Shown here one piece after another: positions 14,342-14,429 of a DNA stretch of 14,429 bases. This DNA comes from Deinococcales bacterium. GTDB taxonomy: Bacteria; Deinococcota; Deinococci; Deinococcales; JAAFIG01. The notes under the pieces are model-generated. The model saw only the letters and a list, made by a program, of their open reading frames with translations, ran no database searches and was not told the origin of the DNA. The DNA is taken from contig JAYWGM010000088.1 in NCBI GenBank assembly GCA_043778225.1, positions 1-14,429 on the forward strand, read 5' to 3'. The number at the start of each line of letters is the position of its first letter. Positions within the stretch are counted from its first letter, which is position 1. A program made the position numbers and the translations under genes.

Positions 14342-14429
14342 CGAATTAACTTAATCACTCTCGTTTGACCCAAAAACGGTCAAACTGTCGCTCAAGCGTT
14401 AATTCGGTCTTTTATCACTCCTTTTAGTC
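14342..14429 (-). repeat. Structured dispersed element, copy 2
   Basis: 11-bp inverted repeat ACCGAATTAAC (14340-14350) / GTTAATTCGGT (14398-14408) enclosing GTTTGACC (14363-14370) / GGTCAAAC (14378-14385). Shares GACTAAnAGGAGT, GAC, ACGC, GACAG and CCGTTTT in register with 10-96. Confidence 0.75.

Noticed and set aside
1..14429. Whole window as a composite transposon bounded by the two inverted elements
   Set aside because: The ends are only ~56% identical, there is no transposase, and the interior contains the core gene mnmA. Independent copies or assembly breaks at repeats are more likely.
1..14429. CRISPR array, tRNA or rRNA genes
   Set aside because: No regularly spaced repeat-spacer array, cloverleaf or rRNA-like sequence was seen. 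The CTCGAG sites are irregularly spaced and mostly inside genes.

Overview
A 14.4 kb bacterial chromosomal segment, most likely from a Deinococcota (Deinococcales-like) organism. This is inferred from TANNNT -10 boxes 5-9 nt before many start codons, a C-type MnmA and a CGTCA-N5-TGACG palindrome before a DinB gene. The core holds a YeiH/UPF0324 transporter, an Fe(III) ABC binding protein and permease with no ATPase, a secreted CAP/SCP protein and mnmA. The accessory part holds a tandem GNAT, two DinB proteins, an APCDD1-like secreted protein, AraC-VOC and AraC-LysE pairs, one intact and one toxin-inactivated type II TA module, and gene remnants. Main observations: (1) two diverged ~87-nt structured elements, one at each window end in inverted orientation, ~56% identical but with identical spacing and 7 compensatory base-pair changes; (2) about 100 CTCGAG palindromes by hand count against ~3.5 expected; (3) a 129-bp MITE interrupting a NUDIX remnant; (4) a bacterial homolog of the vertebrate Wnt inhibitor APCDD1; (5) a 1.7-kb block flanked by a duplicated terminator. 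All family assignments come from motif recognition, not database searches.
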